Shown here: in pieces, positions 30,286-39,126 of the stretch
Layout: every line of letters starts with the position of its first letter
Numbering within the stretch: the first letter of the stretch is position 1
Virus record (IMG/VR): IMGVR_UViG_3300013121_000047
Coordinates: 121,442-185,441 of that record
DNA from: a virus
Taxonomy: Duplodnaviria > Caudoviricetes
DNA: 64,000 nucleotides
Direction: 5' to 3' (one strand)
Program-made: the position numbers and the translations under genes
The notes under the pieces: generated by a model
The model's input: only the letters and a program-made list of their open reading frames with translations
What the model was told of the DNA's origin: nothing
The model's database searches: none

Positions 30286-30795
30286 TTATTTTATCCTTAT
30301 TTGACTTAGAGCAATCCTAAAACATACATTAGATTCCATTCCAGAAATGATTGGAAACTCTTCAATTCCTTTGTCTGTTAAAAACAATAGCCAATCGAGA
30401 TTGTATTTTCCATTTTGCTTCTTCTCAAGAAAAATTGAATTTTTTATTAACGAAAATAATTTTGTTGAATGAATTTTATCTCCTTCAATATGCCATGCCA
30501 CTTCTCCATTTGTTTTCTCGAATGATGGTCCGTCTATACGGTGACGTATTCCATTCTGAAACCATTCTTTATGCCCATCTGGGCATTCAATTGCAGGTCC
30601 GTCTATTCGATGCCTTAACCCTTCAAGATACCAAAACTTGGTTCCATTCTTGTATTCAATTGCAGGTCCATCAACCCGATGAAGTTTTCCTTCTTTAAAC
30701 CAATAAAAAGCCTCTCGTTTTAATCTTAAACAACCTGTAAATTTTTTACTTTCGGCGTAATCATTTAAATTTCGTGAATTACGGAATCTTCTCAT
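30286..30795 (-). CDS. HRxDGPA repeat protein (three 23-aa repeats) with family-B-like C-terminus
   Basis: LHRVDGPAIE, RHRIDGPAIE, RHRIDGPSFE; LFLTDKGIEEF. Confidence 0.75.
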   Translation of the reverse strand: MRRFRNSRNLNDYAESKKFTGCLRLKREAFYWFKEGKLHRVDGPAIEYKNGTKFWYLEGLRHRIDGPAIECPDGHKEWFQNGIRHRIDGPSFEKTNGEVAWHIEGDKIHSTKLFSLIKNSIFLEKKQNGKYNLDWLLFLTDKGIEEFPIISGMESNVCFRIALSQIRIK

Positions 30796-31343
30796 TTAGA
30801 CAAAACATACCTTCCATATGAAATGGGCGTTTTCTTTAAATCATTTTTGTAAAATGATTTTTCATCATAAACCCTATACGCTTCTTTTAAATGCCAATTT
30901 TTAGTAGATAAAAGTTTTTCTGGTGAAAAATCTATTTTCTTATCAAATTTATTATAAAGTTTTTGATTTTCGGTTTCATCTAATTCTGAAAAATATATCT
31001 CGGAAACCATATCGAAAAATTGATTATATATCTCTACTCCACCAATAACAAAAACTTTAACTTCCTTGTCTTCAATTAGGGCTTGATTTTTTTCTTTCCA
31101 TTCTTCAATCGAAGAGTAAATCTCGATTCCCTCTTTTTGATCTAAAGTTCTGCTAATAACGTGGTTAATTCTTTTTGGAAGAGGTTTTCCTATTGATTCA
31201 TAGGTTTTTCTTCCCATCACAACTATTTTATTTAGTGTCAAATCCTTAAACCACTTTAGATCAGAAGGAAGAAACCAAGAAAGGGCATTATCGTTTCCGA
31301 TATACCCTTCTTTAGTTGCTGCGACGATTAATGCTAGTGTCAT
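30792..31343 (-). CDS. folA: Dihydrofolate reductase
   Basis: LIVAA..GYIG..ALSW.LPSDLKWFK, VMGRKTYESIGKPLPKR, VIGG. Confidence 0.93.
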   Translation of the reverse strand: MTLALIVAATKEGYIGNDNALSWFLPSDLKWFKDLTLNKIVVMGRKTYESIGKPLPKRINHVISRTLDQKEGIEIYSSIEEWKEKNQALIEDKEVKVFVIGGVEIYNQFFDMVSEIYFSELDETENQKLYNKFDKKIDFSPEKLLSTKNWHLKEAYRVYDEKSFYKNDLKKTPISYGRYVLSK

Positions 31344-31352
31344 AGCGTTATG

Positions 31353-33062
31353 TTATGACTGGTTTTTTGTCGTGTCAAGTGTGAGCCGCGCGAGGGTGCC
31401 CATTACGATTAGGTTAGCAGTTGTCCAAACAAACATTGCAAACCAACCAAAAGGAGCGGAATGAAGACCTGAAACAAATGTTCCAAGTAAGTATCCTGCT
31501 GTACCGAGCGAGAACCCACCAATAGCAGGTCGCAAGTTTTTACGACTGTAGAACATTGCAGCTAATGCAATTGGCAGGAAAGCGCTTCCAAGCGGCAAGA
31601 ACTGGTGAATAAAACTATTTGTAAACATAGTCAAGTCACCAGGCGGTCTTGAAATTATTTCAAGACCAGGAATTGAACTTGGTAAGAACCAAGGAAGGAA
31701 AAACAAACCAACAGAAGAGATTAGTGCAGGAGCAATCCACTTTTGCGGAGATTCAAGTTTTCCTTTCTTTTGTTTGATTAACGTTGAAACAATTCCAAGC
31801 ATCAACAGAAGAGACAAACCTCGGTAAACAACTTGTCTGTTTTTAATTCCAGACAAAGCAGATTCTGCACTCGCAATTCCAGCACCATACAATTCGGGGT
31901 TTGAATCTCCATGTTGCGGAGTTTGTGCAGTTGATCTTAAAATACGTTCAACTGAATCTACGTTTGTAACACCTTGAGACATTATCAATGCTGCAATTCC
32001 TGCAACGTGCGGGGTAGCCATTGAAGTTCCAGACCATGCCGCAAATTGTTCGCAACCACCTGTTCCATGTTCGCAAATTGTTTGTTGGAGAATATTAACT
32101 CCAGGGGCAGCAATATCTACTTCTGGTCCTCTTGACGAGAATTGAGCAATTGTATCACCTTCGCCAATTGCACTTACAGCAAAGGCACCCTCTTCGTTTG
32201 CGGGAGATTCAACATATCTCCCATTGTTTCCCGCGGCACAAATTACAACCGTACCCTTTGAACGGGCATAAGCAATAGCTTCTGCCATTACTCGGTTTCT
32301 CGGGCCACCACCTAATGAAAGGTTGATAACATGGGCACCTTGATCGGCAGCGAATCGGATACCTTCCGCAACATCGACAAGCGAACCAGAACCTCTGTAG
32401 TCGAGGACTTTGACAGGAATAATTGTTGCACAGTGTGCAATTCCCGCTACACCAATTCCATTGTTTGTTGACTGCGCAATTGTTCCCGCAACGTGCGATC
32501 CGTGCCCTTGATCGTCATTTGCGTGTTCGTCGTCGTTTACAAAATCCCAACCAGCAACACAGTTTGTTGTTTTAAGATCGGAAAGTTGTGTAAACTCTCC
32601 GTATGTTTCACAAGCAACACCAGTATCAATTACGGCGACTCTAATACCTCGTCCACAGGTTGTATTCCACGCGCGTTCCACACCAACGCGATGCAATCCC
32701 CATTGACGAGAATATTGCGGATCATTTGGCGTGAAAAAAGCGTGCATTTCTTGGTTTTGATCTGCCGCTTGCACGTTTCGATTTGTTTGAAGTTGTCGCA
32801 CAATACGTTGTCCAACGTCCTGTGGAGCACTAAAAACATAAATTCGATCTTCTCCAACCATTCGAGGACTGTTTGCCCTCAAACTAATTCCATATTGGGA
32901 AGCGACTTCATTGACCGTTTCTTGAGAAACGGAATCGTTAAAGTCCACTACGAATTCGTCTTGCTGTGGATGATTTACTCCACCGAAAGTTTGAGCTTGA
33001 GCACTTACCGAAGCAAGCATTAGAGCCAAACCGCACGAAAGCATCACCGTTTTTGTTTTCAT
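31353..33062 (-). CDS. Secreted subtilisin-like S8 serine protease with C-terminal multi-TM domain
   Basis: Signal peptide; VAVIDTG, HGSHVAG, AAGN, GTSMATPHVAG; hydrophobic C-terminus. Confidence 0.93.
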   Translation of the reverse strand: MKTKTVMLSCGLALMLASVSAQAQTFGGVNHPQQDEFVVDFNDSVSQETVNEVASQYGISLRANSPRMVGEDRIYVFSAPQDVGQRIVRQLQTNRNVQAADQNQEMHAFFTPNDPQYSRQWGLHRVGVERAWNTTCGRGIRVAVIDTGVACETYGEFTQLSDLKTTNCVAGWDFVNDDEHANDDQGHGSHVAGTIAQSTNNGIGVAGIAHCATIIPVKVLDYRGSGSLVDVAEGIRFAADQGAHVINLSLGGGPRNRVMAEAIAYARSKGTVVICAAGNNGRYVESPANEEGAFAVSAIGEGDTIAQFSSRGPEVDIAAPGVNILQQTICEHGTGGCEQFAAWSGTSMATPHVAGIAALIMSQGVTNVDSVERILRSTAQTPQHGDSNPELYGAGIASAESALSGIKNRQVVYRGLSLLLMLGIVSTLIKQKKGKLESPQKWIAPALISSVGLFFLPWFLPSSIPGLEIISRPPGDLTMFTNSFIHQFLPLGSAFLPIALAAMFYSRKNLRPAIGGFSLGTAGYLLGTFVSGLHSAPFGWFAMFVWTTANLIVMGTLARLTLDTTKNQS

Positions 33063-33080
33063 TTTTCGACCTCGTGTGTC

Positions 33081-33108
33081 AGTATAAGGCGCGCAGGCGG
33101 GCTGTCAA
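33081..33108 (-). promoter_or_regulatory. Sigma70-like promoter for the S8 protease gene
   Basis: TTGACA-16 bp-TATACT, then GAGG RBS and ATG. Confidence 0.7.
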
Positions 33109-33138
33109 GTCGGCACCAAACACGAGATTTAAGGAATT

Positions 33139-33384
33139 TTACTCTTCTAATTTTTCACACTTATATAAACCCTTTATATAAGCATGAAAATATTTTCCTT
33201 TACTTTCTGAGTTTTTAAATTCTTCCCAAGTTTCTTCTGGAACACCTTTGTAAAGATATGCTTTACCAGTTGTTTTAAACCAAATTGTTAATTGGTGATA
33301 AAGTTGGCTATATTCTGCTTTTGTTAAAAGCTTGCTTGATTCTGAGTCTAGTTTTTCTGTTGTTAGAATATCGATCATTGACAT
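33139..33384 (-). CDS. KTSC-domain protein
   Basis: SSK...LTIWFKTTGKAYLYKGVPEETWEEFKNSESKGKYFHAYIKG. Confidence 0.85.
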   Translation of the reverse strand: MSMIDILTTEKLDSESSKLLTKAEYSQLYHQLTIWFKTTGKAYLYKGVPEETWEEFKNSESKGKYFHAYIKGLYKCEKLEE

Positions 33385-33408
33385 GATTAGTTATTGTCCT
33401 TTTGTAGT

Positions 33409-33814
33409 TTATAAAAAACTAACTTCTATTTTTGGTATGTCTATTACTTTTGGATAACCAGAGTATTTTACATATTTTTTGAAATAAGATTCAGGCATAT
33501 AAAAAGTTTCTATTAAATTTAGTTGAGCCATTTTTTTCATATAAAATATGATTTCTTGAGAAGAAAATCGTTGTGGAGACTTATTTACACAGGAAAAATA
33601 CTCAATCCACGGGACATTAAATTCTTTTTTAAAAAGATTACCAAACAATGACTTCATTTTTCTTGGAGAAAGAACTCTTTGAATCACAAACTTAAAACTA
33701 GGATTTATATTAGCAGATGTGGACATTTCATAATTTTCATATAAACAAAATTTTTTTTTTGGAAAAACTATAAAAAATAATCTCCGTTGTAAAATGTTTA
33801 TTTTTATTCACCAA
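33409..33814 (-). CDS. SPRK/IPKIEV paralog (family A), frameshifted at an A10 tract
   Basis: With A9 it reads MVNKNKHFTTEIIFYSFSKKKFCLYENYEMSTS..., collinear with neighbour 33808-34200. Confidence 0.7.
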
Positions 33815-34200
33815 GAAACCTCTATTTTTGGTATGTCTATTGCTTTTGGATAACCTGAATGTTTTATATATTGTCTAAAGTTTAATTCGGGAATATAAAT
33901 AGAATTTCCAACAAATTTTTTCGTATCAAATATAACTTCCTCTAAAAGAAATAATTCTGGATTATGGTTTTGAACATTTACCACTTCAACCCACGGTACA
34001 TCAAATTTTTTATCCTTAAAAATATTACCAAACAAATTTTTCATTTTTCTTGGAGAAAGAACTCTTAGAATAAGGAAACAAAAATTTGGATCTGTTATTG
34101 GAGATGTAAGTAAATTATAATTTTCAGATAAGAAAAATTTTTTTATATAAGAATCATAAGAAATAACATCTGTTATAATATGTTTGTTTTTATTCACCAA
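33808..34200 (-). CDS. SPRK/IPKIEV paralog (family A)
   Basis: RVLSPRK; PKAIDIPKIEVSW. Confidence 0.75.
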   Translation of the reverse strand: MVNKNKHIITDVISYDSYIKKFFLSENYNLLTSPITDPNFCFLILRVLSPRKMKNLFGNIFKDKKFDVPWVEVVNVQNHNPELFLLEEVIFDTKKFVGNSIYIPELNFRQYIKHSGYPKAIDIPKIEVSW

Positions 34201-34574
34201 AAAACCTCTATTTTTGGAATTTTAATCCAAGGACTAGGTTTAATAAACTTTATTATTCGTTTATAGGTTTGAAACGATACAAATAACGTATCTGCGGATT
34301 CTTCTATTTGATCAAGATCATGAAATAACCAAGCTATTTGGATCAAATAATCTTCATTTTTTAATGAAAATGATTTTTGAAATTTTCTAGGTGAAAAAAT
34401 TTCTTTTTCTTTAATTCCTGGTGCACTTGATTTTTGGTCAGAACAAAATTTCCAAATCCTAAGTTTATATTCTTTACAAAAATATGGATATTTCTCGTTT
34501 GGTTGTAACGCATATGCAGGAAAAGATATTCCTCGCTCTTCTGCCAACCAATTATTGACTCTAACATATTTCAT
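34194..34574 (-). CDS. SPRK/IPKIEV paralog (family A)
   Basis: EIFSPRK; IKIPKIEVFW. Confidence 0.75.
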   Translation of the reverse strand: MKYVRVNNWLAEERGISFPAYALQPNEKYPYFCKEYKLRIWKFCSDQKSSAPGIKEKEIFSPRKFQKSFSLKNEDYLIQIAWLFHDLDQIEESADTLFVSFQTYKRIIKFIKPSPWIKIPKIEVFW

Positions 34575-34942
34575 ATTAAACTTACCTCTATTTTTGGAAT
34601 TTGAATAAATAAATCTGGTTTTGCAAAAGAAATTAATTTTTCATATTCTTTAACAGACATTAAAAGGGGTTCGGTGTCAAATTCAATATCATTATTTTGT
34701 TTCGAATAGAGCATCTCTTTTCTTTCAGAGAATTTAAAATCAAACAAAATTAAAGGAAAAGGTTTGTTTGCAAGAAAATATTTCTTTTGCTTTCTCGAAG
34801 AGAAAATATCATATTCTTTCAATAAAAGATAATTTAGTTTATCGTACTCCGAATAAATTTTCACTTTTAAATCATTTTCAATGAATTTTTTTGTATAATA
34901 CGAACTTGAATATTCAAAAATTTTAAAGGTTTTTACTATCAT
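34571..34942 (-). CDS. SPRK/IPKIEV paralog (family A)
   Basis: DIFSSRK; IQIPKIEVSLI. Confidence 0.75.
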   Translation of the reverse strand: MIVKTFKIFEYSSSYYTKKFIENDLKVKIYSEYDKLNYLLLKEYDIFSSRKQKKYFLANKPFPLILFDFKFSERKEMLYSKQNNDIEFDTEPLLMSVKEYEKLISFAKPDLFIQIPKIEVSLI

Positions 34943-35336
34943 AACTCACTTCAATTCTCGGTATTTTTATATGAAAATATGGATCGACCAATTTTATGAA
35001 TTTATTATAGTCTTTACTTTTTAAAAAAAAGTCAGGGTAACTTTGATTCTTGAGTCGTTCGATGAATTCATTGAAGCAATCTTGCTCCATTTTTTTATGG
35101 AGATAAAACCAAGCAATCGAAATTAATGATTCATTAGAATGAAAATTGAATTTCTGTAAAATTTTTCTGGGAGAAAGAACTTCTTGTTCTTTCAGAATCA
35201 CAATTTCAGTTAATTTACCATAAACAAGATCTTGATAAGTGAATTTAGATTCAATTAATTTCTGATTATTTAATCTGTAATAAATGAAGCACTGTTTAGT
35301 TTTATTAGATGATTTAGTCATAGAAACTCTATCCAT
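34923..35336 (-). CDS. SPRK/IPKIEV paralog (family A)
   Basis: EVLSPRK; IKIPRIEVSY. Confidence 0.75.
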   Translation of the reverse strand: MDRVSMTKSSNKTKQCFIYYRLNNQKLIESKFTYQDLVYGKLTEIVILKEQEVLSPRKILQKFNFHSNESLISIAWFYLHKKMEQDCFNEFIERLKNQSYPDFFLKSKDYNKFIKLVDPYFHIKIPRIEVSYDSKNL

Positions 35337-35722
35337 TCTCCATTAGAGTTAAATAACTTATCACTATTAGTTTTAAATGATTTCCAAAGTCGTTTTGCCT
35401 CTTTTGACTGATTTTGAGAAGACCAAAGTTTTAGTCCATATTTTGTTTTCAACCAAATTGCCGCAATTTTATAAAGTTTTTTTCCATAGCCTTTTCCACG
35501 AAATTCTTTTTCGATAAAAGAAAAATCAACATATGGTTTGTATAACGCATTTTCTTTCCACCATTTAATATACGAAGGTCGTTCTTCTATTTTAGAAAGT
35601 CTTTCCAAACTCACTTCTGTTGGCACTATAACAGTAACAAAACCCACTTCTATTTGATCTAAAATTAAATGAAATGAATATTTTTCAATTAATGGAAACG
35701 CGCTTATAAATATTCTTTCCAT
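35318..35722 (-). CDS. GNAT-family acetyltransferase-like protein
   Basis: IEKEFRGKGYGKKLY (motif A); QSKEAKRLWKS. Confidence 0.75.
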   Translation of the reverse strand: MERIFISAFPLIEKYSFHLILDQIEVGFVTVIVPTEVSLERLSKIEERPSYIKWWKENALYKPYVDFSFIEKEFRGKGYGKKLYKIAAIWLKTKYGLKLWSSQNQSKEAKRLWKSFKTNSDKLFNSNGEWIEFL

Positions 35723-35762
35723 AGAGAGAATATTGCGTTTCCAAAAATGAAAGTCAATAAGA

Positions 35763-35798
35763 GAAATGCCTGGAGAGAAAATTCTCTCCAGGCATTTC
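35763..35798 (-). terminator. Perfect 16-bp hairpin, probable terminator after the Lys-rich KTSC gene
   Basis: GAAATGCCTGGAGAGA-AAAT-TCTCTCCAGGCATTTC; U-tract weak. Confidence 0.65.
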
Positions 35799-35824
35799 AG
35801 CCACCCAACTTAAAATCGAGTTAA

Positions 35825-36196
35825 TTAAACTCGTTCTGACTTCATTGGCTTAATGTATTTAACGAAGAAAGCTCCCGCAGATTCTCGTCTGCGCCAATTT
35901 TGAACAATTTGTTTTGGTGTAGATCGGTACAAATATCTAGATCCATCCTTCATGGTAACTGTTAAGTTACCAACATCGGAATTTGTTTTCGATGCAACCC
36001 AACGAAAATCGGTAACAACAGAAGATCCTTTAAAGGATTCTTGAATGAAAAGAGAAGCTCTTGTTCTCTTTGTATTTGTTGCTTTTGTTTTGGTTGAAGC
36101 CGTTTTCGCAGCTGGTTTATGCGAGGTTTTCGAAACCTTTCGCGAGGCAGACTTTGTTGTTGTTTTTTTTGCAGATTTCATATTTGTTTTCTTCAT
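35825..36196 (-). CDS. Lys/Ser/Thr/Ala-rich (histone-H1-like) tail fused to a KTSC-like domain
   Basis: KSAKKTTTKSASRKVSKTSHKPAAK; SSVV...LTVTMKDGSRYLY...ESAGAFFVKYIK. Confidence 0.7.
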   Translation of the reverse strand: MKKTNMKSAKKTTTKSASRKVSKTSHKPAAKTASTKTKATNTKRTRASLFIQESFKGSSVVTDFRWVASKTNSDVGNLTVTMKDGSRYLYRSTPKQIVQNWRRRESAGAFFVKYIKPMKSERV

Positions 36197-36220
36197 TTGT
36201 GCTGTCTTTCTAGGGCGAGT

Positions 36221-36248
36221 ATTGTAACCACCGCAGAGGCACCGTCAA
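36221..36248 (-). promoter_or_regulatory. Sigma70-like promoter
   Basis: TTGACG-16 bp GC-rich spacer-TACAAT upstream of 36196. Confidence 0.6.
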
Positions 36249-36272
36249 GCACGAATCGTTATTCCGAATTTC

Positions 36273-36512
36273 TTATTCTTCACCGTGCTTATACAAGTAC
36301 TCTTTAAACCTTTGGGAGACTAAGTTTAATTCAGCTTGAGTTAAACCAATCTCATCAGTGTTACCAGAGCCTATGTAAACAAAATACATCTCAGAAAATC
36401 TTTGTCTAGGATTACCAAAATCATCACTAACTAATATAGTTCTGGCTTTTATTATCATATTCTGTTTTTCAGCAATTACATCATCACGCAATGTTGTTTT
36501 CTTCATTAACAA
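36273..36512 (-). CDS. Hypothetical protein
   Basis: 79-aa ORF in operon. Confidence 0.55.
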   Translation of the reverse strand: MLMKKTTLRDDVIAEKQNMIIKARTILVSDDFGNPRQRFSEMYFVYIGSGNTDEIGLTQAELNLVSQRFKEYLYKHGEE

Positions 36513-36852
36513 TTTCCATTTCTTCTAAATTATTATCTTTAATTGATTCCTCTTCTAATGTCTTCTCATCTAGCATTTTTTTTATTGCTAAAAATGAGTA
36601 ACCGTTTATATCAAAGTATGCATCCAAGCATCCTTCTTCTGGAGGAAGTAAACTACTGTTTGCTATTCTTGAAAGCTTATCAAGGACTCTTATAATAAAC
36701 ATCACATGTTGATATTGGTCATCTACAATTCCATCAGGAAATAAAAGTTTTAAATGTTCGGATGTTTTATTAAAACTTCCGCCATATGCTCTATTCTTTT
36801 TTTCTAGTAATTCTGCTTGCTTTAGCGCAATCTCTCGAAAACTCTTGGTCAT
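36484..36852 (-). CDS. DUF1599/Nmad1-like (MazG-fold) nucleotide-modification-associated protein
   Basis: LLEKKNRAYG.SF...DKLSRI...DAYFDINGY. Confidence 0.7.
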   Translation of the reverse strand: MTKSFREIALKQAELLEKKNRAYGGSFNKTSEHLKLLFPDGIVDDQYQHVMFIIRVLDKLSRIANSSLLPPEEGCLDAYFDINGYSFLAIKKMLDEKTLEEESIKDNNLEEMEIVNEENNIA

Positions 36853-36858
36853 GTTGGA

Positions 36859-36887
36859 TATCTACAACAGAAAAAAGTGCACGTCAA
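36859..36887 (-). promoter_or_regulatory. Sigma70-like promoter, probably leaderless
   Basis: TTGACG-17 bp-TAGATA, 6 nt before ATG 36852. Confidence 0.5.
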
Positions 36888-36892
36888 TGGCT

Positions 36893-37246
36893 CTAAAAAT
36901 TGATGCAAATTGACGATTCTGATATTTTTATTCCGTTTCTTTTTAAGAAATTTAATGATTTTCTAGTGAAAAATCTAATATGAGAGTTATCTCCAAAAGA
37001 AACTTCGACGACGTAAACATGAGAAATACATCTTGTTTTTTTTATAGTATTTATAATTTCATCATATCTTTTCTTAGAAATCAGTTTTTGAGCCAATTTA
37101 TTGTTTGCAATCGAAATCCATTTTCGAATGGATAAAACTGATTTCACCGAAAGTGACATTTTTTTATTTAAAGGTACTATTAAAGTTTTTAACTTATCAT
37201 TCAAATATTCGTAGTAAGTTTTATTATTTTCAGATAATGCCTTCAT
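36893..37246 (-). CDS. Hypothetical protein (possible divergent family A)
   Basis: SVLSIRK. Confidence 0.55.
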   Translation of the reverse strand: MKALSENNKTYYEYLNDKLKTLIVPLNKKMSLSVKSVLSIRKWISIANNKLAQKLISKKRYDEIINTIKKTRCISHVYVVEVSFGDNSHIRFFTRKSLNFLKRNGIKISESSICINF

Positions 37247-37511
37247 TTTTTTTCAACTCAGGAAGATTGATGTATACTACTATTATTGTGTACTTGCCTC
37301 TCATTGTTTGAGATTCTTTCAAATAATCGCAAATTGCAATTTCGGCATCAGCCCAAGATTCAAACAGTGGATCTGTTTTACCGTTTATAGTAACGGCCTC
37401 AAAAAATTCATTAACAATTCTAAATTTCTTTTGTGGAGTAAGCTTAAAACTATGCGAACTAATTTTTCTTGGCGATAAATCATTCGATAGTGGTTTCAAC
37501 TTATTTTCCAT
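37230..37511 (-). CDS. Hypothetical protein
   Basis: 93-aa ORF in operon. Confidence 0.55.
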   Translation of the reverse strand: MENKLKPLSNDLSPRKISSHSFKLTPQKKFRIVNEFFEAVTINGKTDPLFESWADAEIAICDYLKESQTMRGKYTIIVVYINLPELKKNEGII

Positions 37512-37524
37512 TTATTTTTAAATA

Positions 37525-37923
37525 CTAATAGTTTACTTTAATTGTTGGTATAGGTTTTATTATTTTTTTAGACTCAAGAAAATCATAACATTCTGCAAAA
37601 ATAAAAAAATATTGTTTGAGGGATTTTAGTTCGTACATTATAGTTGGAAAATAAAAATCAATTATTTCTTTTTCATCTCTGTATTTTCCCATATCATTTA
37701 TTTGATAAACATCTTCGAAAAATCTTTTAACTTTTCTTTTAGAAATGACTTTAACAGGAACTAAATCTTTTATCTCATCTTTCGTTAAGGATATTATATT
37801 AAAAAAACATTCACTTTCATCTTTTATAATCTCAAAAAACATTGTATATGATGTTTCTTTACCAACTTTAGAAATACAACTTTTAATTTGTTGTCTAGTA
37901 AGCATAATAAACACCACCTTCAA
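37525..37923 (-). CDS. Divergent family A paralog
   Basis: KVISKRK...FF; C-terminal KPIPTIKVNY. Confidence 0.6.
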   Translation of the reverse strand: MKVVFIMLTRQQIKSCISKVGKETSYTMFFEIIKDESECFFNIISLTKDEIKDLVPVKVISKRKVKRFFEDVYQINDMGKYRDEKEIIDFYFPTIMYELKSLKQYFFIFAECYDFLESKKIIKPIPTIKVNY

Positions 37924-37942
37924 TAATAAATAATATCAAAAA

Positions 37943-38269
37943 TTATTTATCTGGTGCCATTATTGTGATAATATGTTTTGTAAAATCTTTTATGTTATTA
38001 AGAGCATCTGGTTTAAGACTTAATTCAAAACATACTATCGAAACTAACGCTTCAATATCAAAATAGATATTGAACATTGCTAAAGAAACTATCAAAGTAT
38101 AAAAAACTGTATTAAGATTAATCGCACTTTGCAACATTTTCTCACTGGAGAGTGAAACGCTCTTGAAATGGCTTTGAAGTTCTTTTATTTTTTCAATAGA
38201 AAAACTTTTCTGAAAGTCAGTTAAGTCATCAAACAGGCCAGATTCTTCAAGAAGTTCTATAGAATCCAT
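37943..38269 (-). CDS. Hypothetical protein
   Basis: 108-aa ORF. Confidence 0.55.
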   Translation of the reverse strand: MDSIELLEESGLFDDLTDFQKSFSIEKIKELQSHFKSVSLSSEKMLQSAINLNTVFYTLIVSLAMFNIYFDIEALVSIVCFELSLKPDALNNIKDFTKHIITIMAPDK

Positions 38270-39126
38270 TTCTTTGCCTCCGATAAAGTATTTTTATGAA
38301 CTTCAAGTACAGTTTCAAAATTTTTATGATACCCACCTGCAAGATTCCAGGCTACAGGAATTTTATTTTCTTTAGCAAATTGAAAAACAATTTCATCTCG
38401 CTTTTTAAGTTCTTCTGTTGTAAAATATCCTCCATACGGATCTTCTATATGCGGGTCTGCACCAGACTGGTAAAGTATCAAATCGCAATATTTTGCATAT
38501 TTATTTAAATCTTCCTTAAGAAGAACTTCAAATTCATAAAAAAGATTTTTTCTGTTTAAATTATCAACTATTCCACCAAATGTAAAATGGTGAATAAAAT
38601 CTCTTAAATTTAAGAGATTTATAATGTTATCGGTTCCATTTCCATAGTGGGCATCAATATCAATAATTGATATCAAAATATCAGGAAACATTTGCTTTAA
38701 TTTAATTGAACTTATTGCAAGTCCATTAAAAGTACAAAATCCCATACATTCATTAAATGTTGCATGATGAAATCCTGAAGTTGGAGAACAGGCAAATGTT
38801 TTGTTTTCGTATGCATATTTTGCCGCCGAAAAGAATGATGCATTTGTCCAGTATAGTGACTCCGCAACCTCTGTTAATTTATTTTCAAATCCATTTTGTT
38901 TTACGCAATCCAAAACATCGTTTACATGATTTTCATCATGAGCTAAGTAAAAATCTTTTCTAGATAGAGGTTGAAAATTATTTTCTATTTCAACATAATC
39001 AAAGTCTTTAACTGCTTCGATAAATTTTTTTGGTTTACCTGCCGAGGGAGATAAACTTGAGTTTTTTTCTACATTTTGTTTTTCGTTGTAGAATATTTTT
39101 ATTTGTTTATTCATTTGTGAATCCAT
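38257..39126 (-). CDS. Zn-dependent histone deacetylase family protein
   Basis: SGFHHA, GFCTFN, IDIDAHYGNGT, QSGADPHIEDP, LAGGY. Confidence 0.9.
   Translation of the reverse strand: MDSQMNKQIKIFYNEKQNVEKNSSLSPSAGKPKKFIEAVKDFDYVEIENNFQPLSRKDFYLAHDENHVNDVLDCVKQNGFENKLTEVAESLYWTNASFFSAAKYAYENKTFACSPTSGFHHATFNECMGFCTFNGLAISSIKLKQMFPDILISIIDIDAHYGNGTDNIINLLNLRDFIHHFTFGGIVDNLNRKNLFYEFEVLLKEDLNKYAKYCDLILYQSGADPHIEDPYGGYFTTEELKKRDEIVFQFAKENKIPVAWNLAGGYHKNFETVLEVHKNTLSEAKKWIL

Noticed and set aside
30480-30700. 69-bp repeats as a CRISPR array or DGR template/variable region
   Set aside because: They are in-frame protein repeats without spacers, and no reverse transcriptase or adenine-specific variant pair was seen in the window.
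32493-33023. 176-aa plus-strand ORF and similar antisense ORFs (4294, 22039, 43489, 44812, 48024, 56787, 62678)
   Set aside because: They are shadow frames opposite confidently identified genes and have no recognisable motifs.
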